Origin: Paraspadella gotoi
Lineage: Eukaryota; Animalia; Chaetognatha
Length of the DNA stretch: 64,000 nucleotides
Reading direction: 5' to 3'
NCBI GenBank assembly: GCA_051294375.1
Contig: CM119264.1
Coordinates: forward strand, 1,347,923 to 1,411,922
Shown: piece after piece, positions 25,645 through 39,866 of the stretch
Layout: every line of letters begins with the position of its first letter
Numbering within the stretch: position 1 is the first letter of the stretch
Position numbers and translations under genes: made by a program
The notes under the pieces: model-generated
The model's input: only the letters and a program-made list of their open reading frames with translations
Databases searched by the model: none
Told to the model about the DNA's origin: nothing

Positions 25645-25779
25645 CTCTCTCTCTCTCTCTCTCTCTCTTCTACTTCTCTCTCTCAACGCCATTGCTCCCG
25701 GGGTCAACTTTTCTCTCCATGTTTTTATTTGTCCCTGAGGATTACGGAACCATACGCGAGGCTCAATGCGAAATTTTTT
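25292..25779. repeat. Inverted duplication of ~90 bp plus (GA)n (25292-25409 vs 25611-25779)
   Basis: GACCCGGGAGCAATGGCGTTGAGA vs TCTCAACGCCATTGCTCCCGGGGTC; 25-N gap at 25410-25434 between the arms. Confidence 0.8.
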
Positions 25780-25979
25780 AGTCGGATCATGCTTTATCAG
25801 CAGATTCCGCGACTCCTACATACATACTTCACTTTTTATTAAAGCTCACATATTTTTTCGGTTTACCTTGTATCGGTCCCGCTCCCTCTTGTTTCCCCTC
25901 AATATTGTCGGGCACATAGACACCTTATATCTATGTCAGAAACAATCGAATATGATAAAATATATGGTCAAAAAATGAT

Positions 25980-27210
25980 GTCGCGTTCCGTTCCGATCCT
26001 GTCCCGGCCATGTTACCGTTACGCGTACCGCGTCCGTCCGTACCGTCCATCACCTTTAGCAAAAACACCCATTACTCGTGAATTGGAATGGATGGGATTT
26101 AAATATGAATTTTGTGTGTGATAGGTAAGATGTCGTGATTGAGGCTGGAATATTAAGTTTCTGTATGGAATCTCCCGAAGATGGGATAATGAAGTTTAAA
26201 TGGAATTATAAATCTATAAAAATATATCTACTATGTTACACACAATTGGCCTCCCCCCTTTCCTCTCTCTCAAATTGAGTGGACGTGGGCTGATTTGACC
26301 ATGGAATTTTGTATGTCGGGTAGGAAAGTGTGTGATTGTAACAGGACAATCAAGTTTTTCGAATGGAAAAAAATAGGTTTGAGTGGAATATGAGTTTAAA
26401 AAATGGGAAAAAAAAAACAAAAAACCTGTTTTAAACCAACCTAATTGATTATTGCTTCTTTTTCCTTTTATATAACATGTAATCTGCAGGATGTTATTAA
26501 ATAAATCAAAAAATAATAAATTAATCAGTTAAATTAATCAATTAGTAAATTATATATTATATCAATAATTAATTAATTAGTCAATCAATCCGTCCATCGT
26601 CCCATCTAGCAAAAAGCTCCTAAAATAACATCGTGATTGGCGCGGTTTGGAATTTCGGAAATTAAATTTTGTGTGTGTGGTATGGAAACGGTGTGATTAT
26701 CAAGCTGGATATAAAATTTCCGTTGGTAATCGTGGTAGTGGGAAATTAAGTATTAAATGGAAAACAATAAAGTACGATATATTTACTAAAAAATCTTTTT
26801 ACTTATTTTAACCAATAAATACTTTCCAATTAATCCATAAAATTGGATGGATAGATTTAATTATGTTGAAAATTTATTGTTGTGTGGGTAGGAAATAACC
26901 GTATGACGAAGCTTTCGATATAAAGTTTCCAAGTGGAGAAACGTACCAGTGGGAAATGAAGTTATAAATGAAAAAAAATATGAGTCCACATTTAACTTGG
27001 AATCTTTTTATTATTTATTTTAAGAAACCGCATGAAAGATTGACGAAATGAAAATTTTGTGAGCCGGTACGGAAAGTGAGTGAAGAAGCTAGATATACAA
27101 GTTTTGACGGACCTCATGCAAAAGTTGGAAAGAAATTATGACAAGTGAAAAATTGAATGCATAATTAAAAAAAAAATGCTTAATAAAGCATAAAGGATCC
27201 CCGTTCGCTA
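25980..27210 (+). mobile_element. Degenerate DINE/HINE-like element(s) with repeated core units
   Basis: (CCGT)n tracts at ~26030 and ~26590, followed by ~5 related units (GAAATTTTGTGTGTGGGTAGGAAA..GCTGGATATAAAGTTT) near 26080, 26270, 26640, 26840 and 27040. Ends not resolved. Confidence 0.5.
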
Positions 27211-27814
27211 AATTGCATAAAAATGAGGAGAGAGAGAGAGCAGTGAGAAGAGAGAGAAAGAGAAGAGTTGAGAGAGAGAGAGAGAGTGAAGAAAAATAAA
27301 AAAAAATCATTAAAAAAGACCTCAAGATTTCGAGCCCAGAGCCCACTATTCTATAGAAAATTAATGAAAAAAAAACCGGGAAAAAAACGGAAATTATGAA
27401 AATCATGCGATAATACGAATTGTTTGATATGTACTAAGTAATTGGATTGAGGTAATACCTAATTGATTGATGTAATCAGTAAATTTATTTGAATTAGGTA
27501 ATAGGAATTGGATTATTGATTTTTTCGAATGGAAATAAAATCAATTATTGAATGTGCGCGATGATAGTCATTTCAACTGCTGTGATGATAAAGTCCATTC
27601 CAGTGAATGCGCAGGATTGTCATTGCATTGAATATGCGAATGATATGTTCAATATCATTGATAGCGATGATAGTCAAGTTAAAAAACACAACAAATGCGT
27701 GTTATGAGTGAAAAAGAGAAGAGAGAGAGAAGAGAGAGAGAGAGAACGAGAGAGTAGAGAGGAGAAGGAGTAAAGAGAGAAAGAAGAGAGAGAGAAAGAA
27801 AGAGAGAAGAAGAT

Positions 27815-27845
<31 letters not shown>

Positions 27846-28665
27846 AGAGAATAAATCCACGAAAATTCCTCGATGAAAAATGGGAATTTCTTGTAAATTT
27901 GAAATAAAAAGGCCCTCGAATAAAATGGAACAAATAAATAAAGTTTTTTAAGAAAAAGGCAAAAAATATAATTCAGAATTTTTTCAAAAAAAATACAAAA
28001 ACTGTCACCTGCCGCAGATCCAAAAAAGAGGATCGGGACAAGATAGGGACAGACGAACAACCAGAGAGAGCGAGAGAGGAGCAGACTATCCGAGACGAGA
28101 GAGAGAAAAAAAAAGTTAGGAGACGCCAGAGAGGAGACAAGAGCCGCTTCGCAACGAGAAAAAGAGAAAGAAGATAAGAAACAGGGAAAAAAAACGATAT
28201 ATTAATAATTTGTAACAACTAACGCAGCAGAGAGAAGAGAGAGAAAGCTTCTATCAGCCACCTTTACACTCGTCTAAAGGAAAAAAATCAGCAGTTAAAC
28301 TTATTGGTCTGCCGGTGGCAAAACGGTGGTAGCTGTGAGCTATTCCTCTACCCAAAGATCCCTCTGTGCGGGGTTTCCGCGCCCATGTTCGTTGGCAATC
28401 GGTTTTTTATAACAATTAATGTGAACCCCACATTATATCTCTAAAAAATTTTTTTTTGTAAAAAAAAAAAAGTAATACCTATGAACAACGAAAAAGAAAG
28501 GATTAACGCATCTTTTCCTTAATATAACTTAATTTAATTTTAATCTTAATATATTTAACAATCATCTCGTTCGCAATCCTTGACCAAATCCTAACCTAAT
28601 TACTAACTCTTATCCCGAACCCTTTTTTTAACCAAATAGCTTAAACCCATATTAACCTAATCCTT

Positions 28666-29016
28666 ACTCTAATCCCCAACCTAATCCATAACTCTAATCC
28701 CCAACCTAATCCTTAAAACTTTTAATCCCCACTAATACCTTAACTCTAATCCCTAACCTAATCCTTAACACTAATCCTCAACCTAATCCTTAACTTTAAT
28801 CCCCAATCTAATCTTTAACTCTAATCCCTAACCTAATCCATAACTCTAATCCCCAACCTAATCCTTAACTTTAATCCCCAATCTAATCCTTAACTCTAAT
28901 CCCTAACCTAATCCTTAACTCTAATCCCCCAAGCTAATCCATAACTCTAATCCCCAATCTAATCTTTAACTCTAATCCCCAACCTAATCCGTAACTCTAA
29001 TCCCAAACCTTATCCT
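28666..29016 (-). repeat. 25-bp telomere-like minisatellite (minus strand TAAGGATTAGGTTGGGGATTAGAGT), ~14 units
   Basis: Plus-strand unit ACTCTAATCCCCAACCTAATCCTTA repeated in tandem. Confidence 0.9.
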
Positions 29017-29039
29017 TGTCCCTAACATTGCAGACGCAA

Positions 29040-29152
29040 TGACGTCAACCGGAAACATAAACCATCTGAAAATCCCGCCGCTACGAAGCTCAAACGACCA
29101 TATTCACGTATCATTACAAGCTCACAATGCTTGCTACTCTCGCGGGGCGGAG
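29040..29152. promoter_or_regulatory. CpG-rich motif cluster: CRE, ETS core, GC box
   Basis: TGACGTCA (29040-29047) directly followed by ACCGGAAA; GGGGCGGAG (29144-29152). Motif match only. Confidence 0.3.
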
Positions 29153-29516
29153 ATAATCGTCGCCAAGCAACATTCGCTGCTTGTAACGCGGAAAAAGGAT
29201 CTTTTCACCCCGGAGTTGTCGTTGTTGTTGTTGTTTTGGTTGTTGTTGTTGATGTTATTGATATAAATTAAATTATATTAGCGTCATTGTATCTGATTTC
29301 GCATCTTCCTATTTTATGTCATGACACAATGTTTATGTTATGTCAAAATGTTTATGTCATGTCACAGCGTTATGTCATTCATTGTGACATCCATTATGTA
29401 CTATTTTATGAGAAAGGAAGAATATCAAACGATGCGACAAAAAAAATCAAGATAATATTTGTTTTTTCCAAATTCACGATGCAGTTTGTCAGCATAAGAT
29501 TGTGAAATTATTGTTT

Positions 29517-29613
29517 GGCCTTATTTTTCCAGAGCGCCCCATTTCATCTTAAATTCGAGATTTTGGTTAAATATTTTAAATTAGGAGATTAGGGTTTGGG
29601 ATAAAGTTTGGGA
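29517..29613 (+). mobile_element. Truncated telomere-like-repeat MITE (left end)
   Basis: GGCCTTATTTTTCCAGAGCGCCCCATTTCATCTTAAATT followed by TTAGG/TTAGGG/TTTGGG. Confidence 0.65.
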
Positions 29614-30159
29614 CCGACTGACCGAATAACCCAGAAAACGCAAATTCATCCAAGCAAAAATAAATTGTTTAAAAAAAAAACAAATTCATTATAAAAAATT
29701 TTATACATGATTATACATTTGAAAATATTCCGAATACCCTAATACCGTCAAAATCGTAATATTCATACATCTCATGTTTTACATCGCTTCCTCTCCCTCT
29801 TCCTCCTTCCCCTCCATTCGTCTTACTCCCCTCTCCCCTCTCTAATCTTTCCCTCTCCCTCTTTGCCTTCCTCTCTCTCTTCCTTCTCTTCCTCCTCTCC
29901 CTCTCTCATTTCCCGCTCCCTCTCTCTCTCTCTCCTCTCTCTTCTCTCTCTCTTCTCTCTCTCTCTCCCCTCTCTCTCTCCCCTCCTCTCCTCCCCCTTT
30001 TCTCTCTCTCCCCTTCCTCTCTCCCCCCCTCTCTCTCTCCCCTCTCCTCTCCTTCTGTCCCCCCCTCCATTCACACCTTCGTCACTCGACGCGCGATGGA
30101 AAGTGATATCAAACCCCATTACGCTCGACGGAACCCGCAAACAACAAACAACAACAACC

Positions 30160-30241
30160 ACGCCGACGTGAAGCGGATGTGATTTTGTTTTTTATGTCAA
30201 GTTTGTGAAAGTTCGTGAATTGTGACGTCCCGGTGATCGAG

Positions 30242-30280
<39 letters not shown>

Positions 30281-31152
30281 CTCTCCTCCTCTCTCTCTCT
30301 CCTCTCTCTCTCCTTCTCTCTACTTGTCATATTCCACAGAGAGAATCGCTGTCGTTGCTTTCCACATCGGCGTTTGTTGTGTTGTTTTTTGTCGTCGTTT
30401 GTTTTAGTTGCTTTAATGGTCAACCCTTTGTCCCTTTTTAAAAAAGTGCTTTTTAATATAAAAGATATGGTACACGATGTTCTGTAATATATAATAAATA
30501 TAATATGTAATATATACTATTACAAATGTTGTTGAGTTTACAGCCTTACATCCCCTCCCTTAATGTTTTAAAAAATTTAATATTAAATTTATTTTCACGT
30601 AAAATATGTAGATTAATGTATTATATTTTTTGAAATTAAAAAAAATAGTTATTTTGAATTCCTCATTGTAATATCCTCTACTCCGCGTCACTAGTGATTA
30701 AAGAAAATCAGTCCTTTCATTGACAAAATTATAACCAATATGGTGTTTTAATTTATATAAAAATTATTCTAATCCTTAAGAGAGTTGTCTTTTTGAAAAG
30801 CAGTTCCTTTAAAAATATTATACACGGAGTGAATTGAATTATATTTTTTCAAGTCTTAATTGAAAGCTCGCAGGGTCCGTGACGTTATTACTCGTGAAAG
30901 TGATGAACAAGGCCCTTCAACCACACAAAACACTGTCCAATGTCTGGGCAGAAAGCTTATTTATTGAAGCATTGGATACTTGTTGATATGCTTGTACCAA
31001 TTTCATAAAGTTCCCCTCGAAATAATTGGCAACGCAAGGCCTAAAAAATAATCCAGGGAAAAAAACAAAATTTCGAAAAATTAATCCTGAAATTTTGAGG
31101 AATAAAAAAAATGACAAATACTAGAAAAATGGGATGAAGACACTCTCTCTGT

Positions 31153-31189
<37 letters not shown>

Positions 31190-34100
31190 CTGCTCTCTCT
31201 CTCTTTATCTCCTCTCTCTCGTCTCTCTCCCCGTAAAAGAAGGTAGAGCGTCAATTTATTCTGCCTTTCCTCTTTGAATTGAATTTGTTACAACAAGGAG
31301 GCGGTTGGAGAGAGACGGGCATAGGGGGTTTCGGGGCAGGGGTGACAGGCGGGCTGACGGGGCAAAGTGACGGGCAGGGGCGTCGGGCAGGGAGGATGAG
31401 AGAGGGCGAGGATCTCATATTTCCATAATCTCAGGTGAGTATGAAATCGGCGAAGGCCCAATGTCTTCGAAGGACGAAGACGCGACTGACAGACGACTGA
31501 CAGACGACTGACAGACCGACTGACAGACCGACTGAACAGACCAACAGACGAACCGACTGACAGACCGACAGCCGCGCGCAGACACTGACAGACCGACTGA
31601 CAGACCGACTGACAGACCGAACTGAAGACGACTGACAGACCGATGACACTCGTGACAGAACCGACAACCGACCGACTGACAGACCGACCTGAAGACGACT
31701 GACAGACCGACCGACAGACCGACCGGAGTGCGACGAGGACCGAAATTTTCTCGGCCTTCGTGGCATTAATTGGTGCGCGGTTGAAAGAGGGGCGGCGGTC
31801 GGCGGCGGCGCGCGGCGGCGCGGCGGGGGGGGCGGCGCGCGGGAGGCGGCGTCACTTTTGTCGCGAAAACTATCTATTTTCTGTTCCTTGATTTCACTCA
31901 ACTTAATTTTAATCTTCGTGTCTCACCTATCCTAACCCTAAATCTTCTTACCTAAATCCCCTAACCATAATCTCCTACCATTATCTTTAGTCCTAATAAG
32001 CTAACCTAATGCCTAAATTAAACTGTGTTCGGCCCGCCTTTTGAAAACATGGCCTTTCATAAGATATAAACTTTTTTCTGATGTCCCAAAACTCTCACAC
32101 GCGGGACCATGGGAAACAAATGAGGACAAAAGTTCTCACTCGTTTGAAAAACGTCATCCCTTGACTCTAATTTCACGTGAATTTAAATGATGTGAAGATG
32201 GATCATCGGTTGTGAGAGAAATTGAATGCGTGAGAAGAGAAAAGCGGCGAATGTCGGTGAAAATCGGTGATTTATCCGTGATGTCACGTTCGTGTGATAA
32301 AGTGATTCTCGTCAAATATTGGAACGTAGATGTAAGAAATCGTAAATTCGTGTTTCTACTTCTTTTAATCCGTATCTTGTTTTTATTAGAGAATTTCAAA
32401 TCATTATCAAATTTTATTTTTTAACGGACGCCAAAAATAAACAACCAAAAAGAATGATGACAATCATTTTTACGACGTCATCATTTACCCCAGGACCAAT
32501 TCAACGACACTCACTCATTATTTGTCTATCACTACAATATCACTTACCATAATCACGTATCTATCAACCAGTACTCACTTACCATCGCCCAATATCATGA
32601 ATTCATCAATCATTCATCCTCATTCATCTTCATCATGCAATTATCATTATCGATCATCATTTATCATCGATTCATTCATCATCACTATCACTTATCCATC
32701 ATCACATTATCATATATCCATCAGAATAGGTGGCCCTTCATGGCGAAGGATTCAATTTTTTTACATCAAATTGCTTTTTCTCCTTCATTATCTTCTTAAA
32801 AAAATTTCTTCAGAATTTCGTTTCGCGTCGAATTCGACTCATTCTTTTTTCTCTCATCGCACAGTGTATTTCGCCTCCGCGTTACGACATTCCACCAGTG
32901 TCTTTACTCTCGCGTCCTCTATCATAACTTTGTGTATCTCACACGGTTAGCTTAATCACAAAATATCTTTCCCTTTGATCTCTCACAAAGTTACTCTGCG
33001 TATCCGACAGTAATTCAACAACTCCGCTATTTCATTGCACAGTGCTCTTCACCTCGCTACAAAGCAATGTCTTTCACCAAGGCAACGTCTATATCTCGTT
33101 TATTTCACCCAACATTTTATCTTCTTTTTTTTTAATTTTGCTAATCTTAATTTTTGTTTCTTTTCCATTCCTATTGATTTTAGTATTATTCACTTCATAA
33201 CTTCCCTATTCACATTGTTTTTTTCCTAGCTTCCCTTTTTGTTATTGTTCCTGAATACCGACCTTTTTTATTTTTCTTTTTTTCCTTTCCTCCATTGCAA
33301 TATCTCTTTCCTTTCCTCTGCATATCTCCTCCCAGCAATATCTTTCCTTTCCTGCATTGATATCTCTTTCTTTCTCCATTACAATATCTCTTTCATTTTC
33401 TCCCATTGTATATATCATTTTCTTTTCCGTCCATTTCATGTTCTCTTTCCTTTCCTCCATTTCAATGACTCTTTACTCTCCTCTAATTTCAATGTTCCCT
33501 TTCCTTTCCTCTATTGCAATTCTCTTTCTTTGCCTCCAATTTCAATATATCTTTCCTTTCCTCCATGCATATCTCTTTTCCTTTCTTCCATTTCAATATA
33601 TCTTTCTTTCGCTCTATTACAATATCTTTTCCTTTCCTCTATTGCATATCTCTTTCTTTCCTCCATGTGCGATATGAATCCCTTTCCTTTCCTCCATTGC
33701 AATATCTCTTTTTAACCCGAGAGTCTTTCTCTTATCTATTTATCTCTCCTCTCTTTCTCCACTCCTCCCTTCTTCCTCCTCCTCCTCCTCCTCCTCTCCC
33801 CCTTCCTCCCCTCTTCCTCCTCGTCTTCATTAAATCTTCGCCCAAACCGCTGCGGGTGGCCATCGTCTCAACGCATCAGCACAAATGCACTCGCCAGGTG
33901 GAAAGGTAGGCGGGAGGTAACGGGTCGAATGGCAAAAATATGGCGGGTGGCAAAAAATGAGGAGTTATAAAAACAAGTAAAAGTAAATGAGTGACAAATT
34001 AAGTCAGGTGGCAAAGGTTCATCGGGCGAGGAGGGAAAGTGGTAAATTTTAGTTTTGCAAGAAAATAGTTTGATTGGCAAAGAGATATTCTTGTCTTACA

Positions 34101-34244
34101 TTAAGTTACAATTAAATTATTACCAAATTTTTGTTTATTCTTTTTACGCAAAAAGTTCCGTCTATTTTAGAAAGAATCTCAGCATCTTATTTTTCTTTCT
34201 TTTTCAGTTCCCTCTCTTCTTCTCTCTCTCTCTCTCTCTCTCTA

Positions 34245-34276
<32 letters not shown>

Positions 34277-36171
34277 TCTCTCTATCATTGTCCTGTTTTT
34301 TTCCGTCTTTCTTCTTTGTAATTCTTTATCAACTTTACTTTTCTTCCCTTTTTCTCGTTTCTTCTCCATCTTTCTCCTTTTTTTTTTTTCGTTCCATTTT
34401 TCCTTTTCTTTTTTCTCTTTCTTCCCTAATTTTTATCTTTCTTTTTTGCGCAGTTTTTTTTCTATTTTAATTCTTTCATTTAAGCCTCCATTTTTCTCCC
34501 CACTTTCATCCATTTTTACCACTTTCTTCCATTTTCCTCCATTTTTCCTCCATTTTCTAACCTTTTTCTTCCATTTTTCTTCAATTTTCTTCCCTTATTT
34601 TTTCCTCCATTTTTTTTTTCTCATTTTCCCTCTGTTTCTCTGCTTCGATTTAGATTTTTGGGTGGAAAAGATAATCCGAAATTCTCCGAAAATCTTTTAG
34701 AGAATAAAGATTAGAAAGAAAAAGAAAAAGAATTAAAGAAAATAAAGTGAAAAGAAAAAAAGAAAAGAAAAGAAAAGAAAAAAAGAAAAGAAAGAAAGAA
34801 AAAAAAGAAAAGAAAAGAAAGAAAAGAAAAAAGAGAAGAAAGAAACAATTTCTCCTTAATTTTTTTTTTTCTTGTCTTTTGTTCCTTCTTTTTTTCTGTC
34901 CCATCCGCATCTCATATTTATATTTTTTAAACAAGTTTCCCTTATCCTGTTTTTTTATATTTATACAAATTCGTTTTTTATTTATCTTTAAATTTTTAAT
35001 TCTATTTACCTCTTTTTTCTTTGATCTTATTTTTTCTACTGATCTTATTCTTTCTTAAATTGCCTATCCTATCTTTTTTTTTCTCTCCTCTTTTCTTATG
35101 TTTTCATCTTTGTGTTTTCACAAAATATTTTTTTTTCACTTTTATTTCAATCAATTATTTTTTCTCTTCTCAAGATCTTAACCTTTGATTTCACCAAAGT
35201 TTCGCTGGCCTTCTAAAAACGACCTTATTTTCCCAGAACAGCCCCATTTTATCTTAAATTCTATAAAAAGTTTGGTTAGAGGTGAGGGTTGCTATTTGGT
35301 TAGGATTATGTTAGTAATTGAAGTTGTGATTAGGATTTGGGTTTAAGACTACGTTTGAAATGTTTAGGTAGGTTAATTAGGTAACGGTTTTAATGTTTAG
35401 GGTTCAGGATTAGGTTTAAGATTAGGCATTAGGTTAAAGAATAGGGTTAGGGATTATTTATTTGAGTTCAAAAATATATAAGCTTAAAACACTATGGTCA
35501 AAAAAATTTAAAATTATGACAGAAAAACTAACAGAAAGGGACTCTTGGAAAAAAGAGCCTTTTTAGCCTTTTATCGCTTCTCTCATTCATCAAAAGGAGA
35601 AAAATAAAGTTTTCAATTATGTACATTTAGTAATTTTTTTTTTTTCAGTAAAACGAGTTAATATTTTCTTTTTCCACACTTGATAAATCGACTGGAAAAA
35701 AAAAAGCTCTTTTCGAAATATAACTTTTTTAAGCTTCGTTAGACTTAAGTAGCAAAAATAAATCATGCTCCGACATTTTTACTGAAACATATTAAGTTAG
35801 AATTGTCTAAAAGTAAGTAGAATTGATGGATGACATTGAAATTAACAGTTAATTATACTCATTCTCGAGGAACAGTTAAATCGGGCATGAAATTCACATA
35901 TTCTCTCAATTTGTCTCCCCTTTATCTCTTATCTCTCTTCTCTCTCTTTTCCTTCTCTATATTCCCAAACATCTGACCACCCCACCCCCCAGCGACTCAT
36001 ACCCACCGACCAGCTCCACTCTTACACCCCAGCATCTGTTCACCTCTTCACTCTCACCCATTTTCCTCACCTCACTCTTTTTTACTAATTAGCCGAAATG
36101 CTTCCCAAAAACAACAGATGTTGTCGCGAAAACAGAAACACTCTCTCTCTTCTCTCTCTCTTCTCTCTCTC

Positions 36172-36217
<46 letters not shown>

Positions 36218-37152
36218 TTTGGGTGATCTCTGCCGGACCAATCATGTGGCAGAAGAGAGATGGTGTGAGGGAAGAAGTGATAGGAGCGATTGAGGGATTC
36301 AGTGATAGATGGGATGAGGTGATAGACGTTAAAACTAACATATATACATATGCACCCGAGTAAAAGTATTATAATAAACAGAACTTAATTTTAAATTAAT
36401 GTAGTACTGCGCGTGCCACCCATGTATGAAGCCCAGTAAGTATAAAAGCTGGCTTCCCTTTTGCTGTAGTAAGACTTATAAAGTCGGAAATGATAAAGCT
36501 TGCTTTCCCTTTGGCTGGAGTGATGACTTGAGAAACGGGAAGGATAAAGCTTGCTTCCCCTTGGTTGATGAGGATCATAGAATCAAAAAGCAAAAAGCTT
36601 TCTTCCCCTTTGCTGAAGTGATGTCTCCAGGGAATGAAAAGAAAAAGGCTTGCTTACCTTTTGGCTGGAGTGATGACTCGATAGAGCGGAAAGGTAAGTT
36701 TGCTTCCCTTTTGCGTGGATTGATTGTCTCGATGGAATGGAAAGGATAAAGCTTGCTTCCAGCCTCGGTCGCTTCGCTCTTTTATTTCCTCTTTTATCTC
36801 TCAAAGGACTATGAAAGTTAAGGTTCGTTGCGTCTCTCTCTCTCTCTCCTCTCTCCTTCTCTCTCCTCTCTAGATCTCCTCGTTCAGACGTTTTGCTCTG
36901 AAAAATGAATTTTTTTAAATTAAATTTTATTGAAAGTAATTGTATGTGACTCCCCCGGGTCTCTTCATAATCAGAAATGGACTCTTAGGCATAGCTCTCC
37001 TCTCTCTCTTCTCCTTCTCATCTCTCTCTCTCTCTCTCTCTCTCTCCTTCTCTCTACTCTCTCTCTCTCTCTCTCTTCTCTCGCTCTCTCTCTCTCTCTT
37101 TCTCTCCCTCTCTCCTCTCTCTCTCTCTCTCTCCTCTCTCGCTGTCTCTCCT

Positions 37153-37184
<32 letters not shown>

Positions 37185-37460
37185 AATTTCATTTTCTCAT
37201 CTCTCTACCTCGCGCAAATAAAAAGAGAAAAATATTAACAGACGTCTATGTTGAGAATCTCTGATATGTTTACTTTGGAATAATGAACAAGAATGTGACT
37301 TACCTGAGGGATAATCCGAGAGGAATCATAATAGAAAAAAGAAAGAAAAGGAAAAAAGGTAAGTGACGTCATTGGTGACAGAAGACAACTCGACAACAAT
37401 AGAAAACTGAATGACGACGACGACAACAAGGAAGACGATGACAATTCAGTTTTCTCTCTC

Positions 37461-37523
<63 letters not shown>

Positions 37524-37940
37524 TCTTTTCGTTCTCCTTATCCATAAAAAAGGCAGTTATTTTATATTCGCGTCTCAACCTTTGTCCTCGATCTCCGATA
37601 AATTCGCTCGGAGCACCCTCTCTTTTTTTTAAACCCTCTTTTTTTTAAACCATCTCTTTTTTTTAAACCCTCTTGTTTTAAACCATCTCTTTTTTTAAAC
37701 CCTCTTTTTTTTAAACCCTCTCTTTTTTTAACTATTTCTTTTTTCTGCACCTATTTTCTTCTTTCTAGCAGCCACTTTTTTTAACACTCTCCTTTTTAAC
37801 CCTCTCTTTTTTTAACACCCTCCTAATTAACCTTCCTTTTTCTAAAACTTTTTTCAACATATTTTGCACCATAATTTTTTTAAACCCTCTTTCTTCACCG
37901 ACTTAAACCTTCTCTCTTTTTTTACCATCAACCATTTATC
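30160..37940 (+). repeat. 7.7-kb block, indel-noisy copy A (probable gap-fill duplicate)
   Basis: Colinear with 37966-45691 from ACGCCGACGTGAAGCGG to ACCATCAACCATT; the copies are separated by exactly 25 N. Confidence 0.92.
31485..31725. repeat. ~12-bp repeat (GACAGACCGACT)n
   Basis: Direct reading; mostly corresponds to the N gap in copy B. Confidence 0.8.
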
Positions 37941-38044
37941 NNNNNNNNNNNNNNNNNNNNNNNNNACGCCGACGTGAAGCGGATGTGATTTTGTTTTTAT
38001 GTCAAGTTTGTGAAGTCGTGAATTGTGACGTCCCGGTGATCGAG

Positions 38045-38079
<35 letters not shown>

Positions 38080-38166
38080 NNNNNNNNNNNNNNNNNNNNN
38101 NNNNNNNNNNNNNNNNNNNNNNNNNNNNNNNNNNNNNNNNNNNNNNNNNNNNNNNNNNNNNNNNNN

Positions 38167-38200
<34 letters not shown>

Positions 38201-39619
38201 TTCATATCCCAAGAGAGAAATCGCTGTCGTTGCTTTCCACATCGGCGTTGTTGTTGTTGTTGTTTTTGTCGTCGTTTGTTTTTGTTGTTAATGTCAACCC
38301 TTTGTCCCTTTTTAAAAAGTGCTTTTTATTAAAAAGATATGGTACAGATGTTCTGTAATATATAATATAATATAATATGTAATATATACTATATACAAAT
38401 GTTGTTGAGTTACAGCCTTACATCCCTCTCCCCTTAATGTTATTAAAAATTTAATAATTAAATTTAATTTTCACGTAAAATATGTAGATTAATGTATTAA
38501 TTTTTTGGTATAAAAAAATAGTTATTTTGAAATTCTCATGTAATATCTACTCCGCGTCACTAGTGATTAAAGAAAATCAGTCCTTTCATTGACAAAATTA
38601 TACAATGCGTAATATATATTTATTTAATCCTTAAGAGAGTTGTCCTTTTTGAAACAGTTCCTTAAAATATTATACCAGGAGTGAATGAATTATATTTTTT
38701 CAAGTCTTAATTGAAAGCTCGCAGGGTCACGTGACGTTATTACCTCGTGAAAGTGATGAAGGCCTTCAACCACCAAAACCTGTCCAATGTCTGGGGCAGG
38801 AAAGCTTATTTATTGAAGCATTGGATACTTTTGATATTGCTTGTACCAATTTCATAAGTTCCCCTCGAAATAATGGCCAACGCAGCCTAAAAATAATCCA
38901 GGGAAAAAAAACAAATTTCGAAAAATAATCCTGAAATTTTGAGGAATAAAAAAAATGACAAATACTAGAAAAATGGGATGAAGACACTCTCTCTGTCTCT
39001 CTCTCTCTCTCTCTNNNNNNNNNNNNNNNNNNNNNNNNNNNNNNNNNNNNNNNNNNNNNNNNNNNNNNNNNNNNNNNNNNNNNNNNNNNNNNNNNNNNNN
39101 NNNNNNNNNNNNNNNNNNNNNNNNNNNNNNNNNNNNNNNNNNNNNNNNNNNNNNNNNNNNNNNNNNNNNNNNNNNNNNNNNNNNNNNNNNNNNNNNNNNN
39201 NNNNNNNNNNNNNNNNNNNNNNNNNNNNNNNNNNNNNNNNNNNNNNNNNNNNNNNNNNNNNNNNNNNNNNNNNNNNNNNNNNNNNNNNNNNNNNNNNNNN
39301 NNNNNNNNNNNNNNNNNNNNNNNNNNNNNNNNNNNNNNNNNNNNNNNNNNNNNNNNNNNNNNNNNNNNNNNNNNNNNNNNNNNNNNNNNNNNNNNNNNNN
39401 NNNNNNNNNNNNNNNNNNNNNNNNNNNNNNNNNNNNNNNNNNNNNNNNNNNNNNNNNNNNNNNNNNNNNNNNNNNNNNNNNNNNNNNNNNNNNNNNNNNN
39501 NNNNNNNNNNNNNNNNNNNNNNNNNNNNNNNNNNNNNACAGACCGACCGACAGACCGACCGAGTGACAGACCGAATTTTCTCGGCCTTCGTGCATTATTG
39601 GTGCGCGGTTTGAAAGAGG

Positions 39620-39660
<41 letters not shown>

Positions 39661-39714
39661 AGGCGGCGTCACTTTTGTCCGAAAACATCCTATTTCTGTT
39701 CCTTGATTCACTCA

Positions 39715-39866
39715 ACTTAATTTTAATCTTCGTGTCTCACCTAATCCCTAACCCTAAATCTTCTTACCCTAATCCCTAACCATAATCTCCTACCTTATCT
39801 TTAGTCCTAATAACTAACCTAATGCTAAATTAAAACTGTGTTCGGGCGCTTTTGGAAAACATGGCC
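39715..39866 (-). mobile_element. Truncated telomere-like-repeat MITE (duplicate at 31900-32054)
   Basis: (CCCTAA)-like tract ending GGGCGCTTTTGGAAAACATGGCC. Confidence 0.55.
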
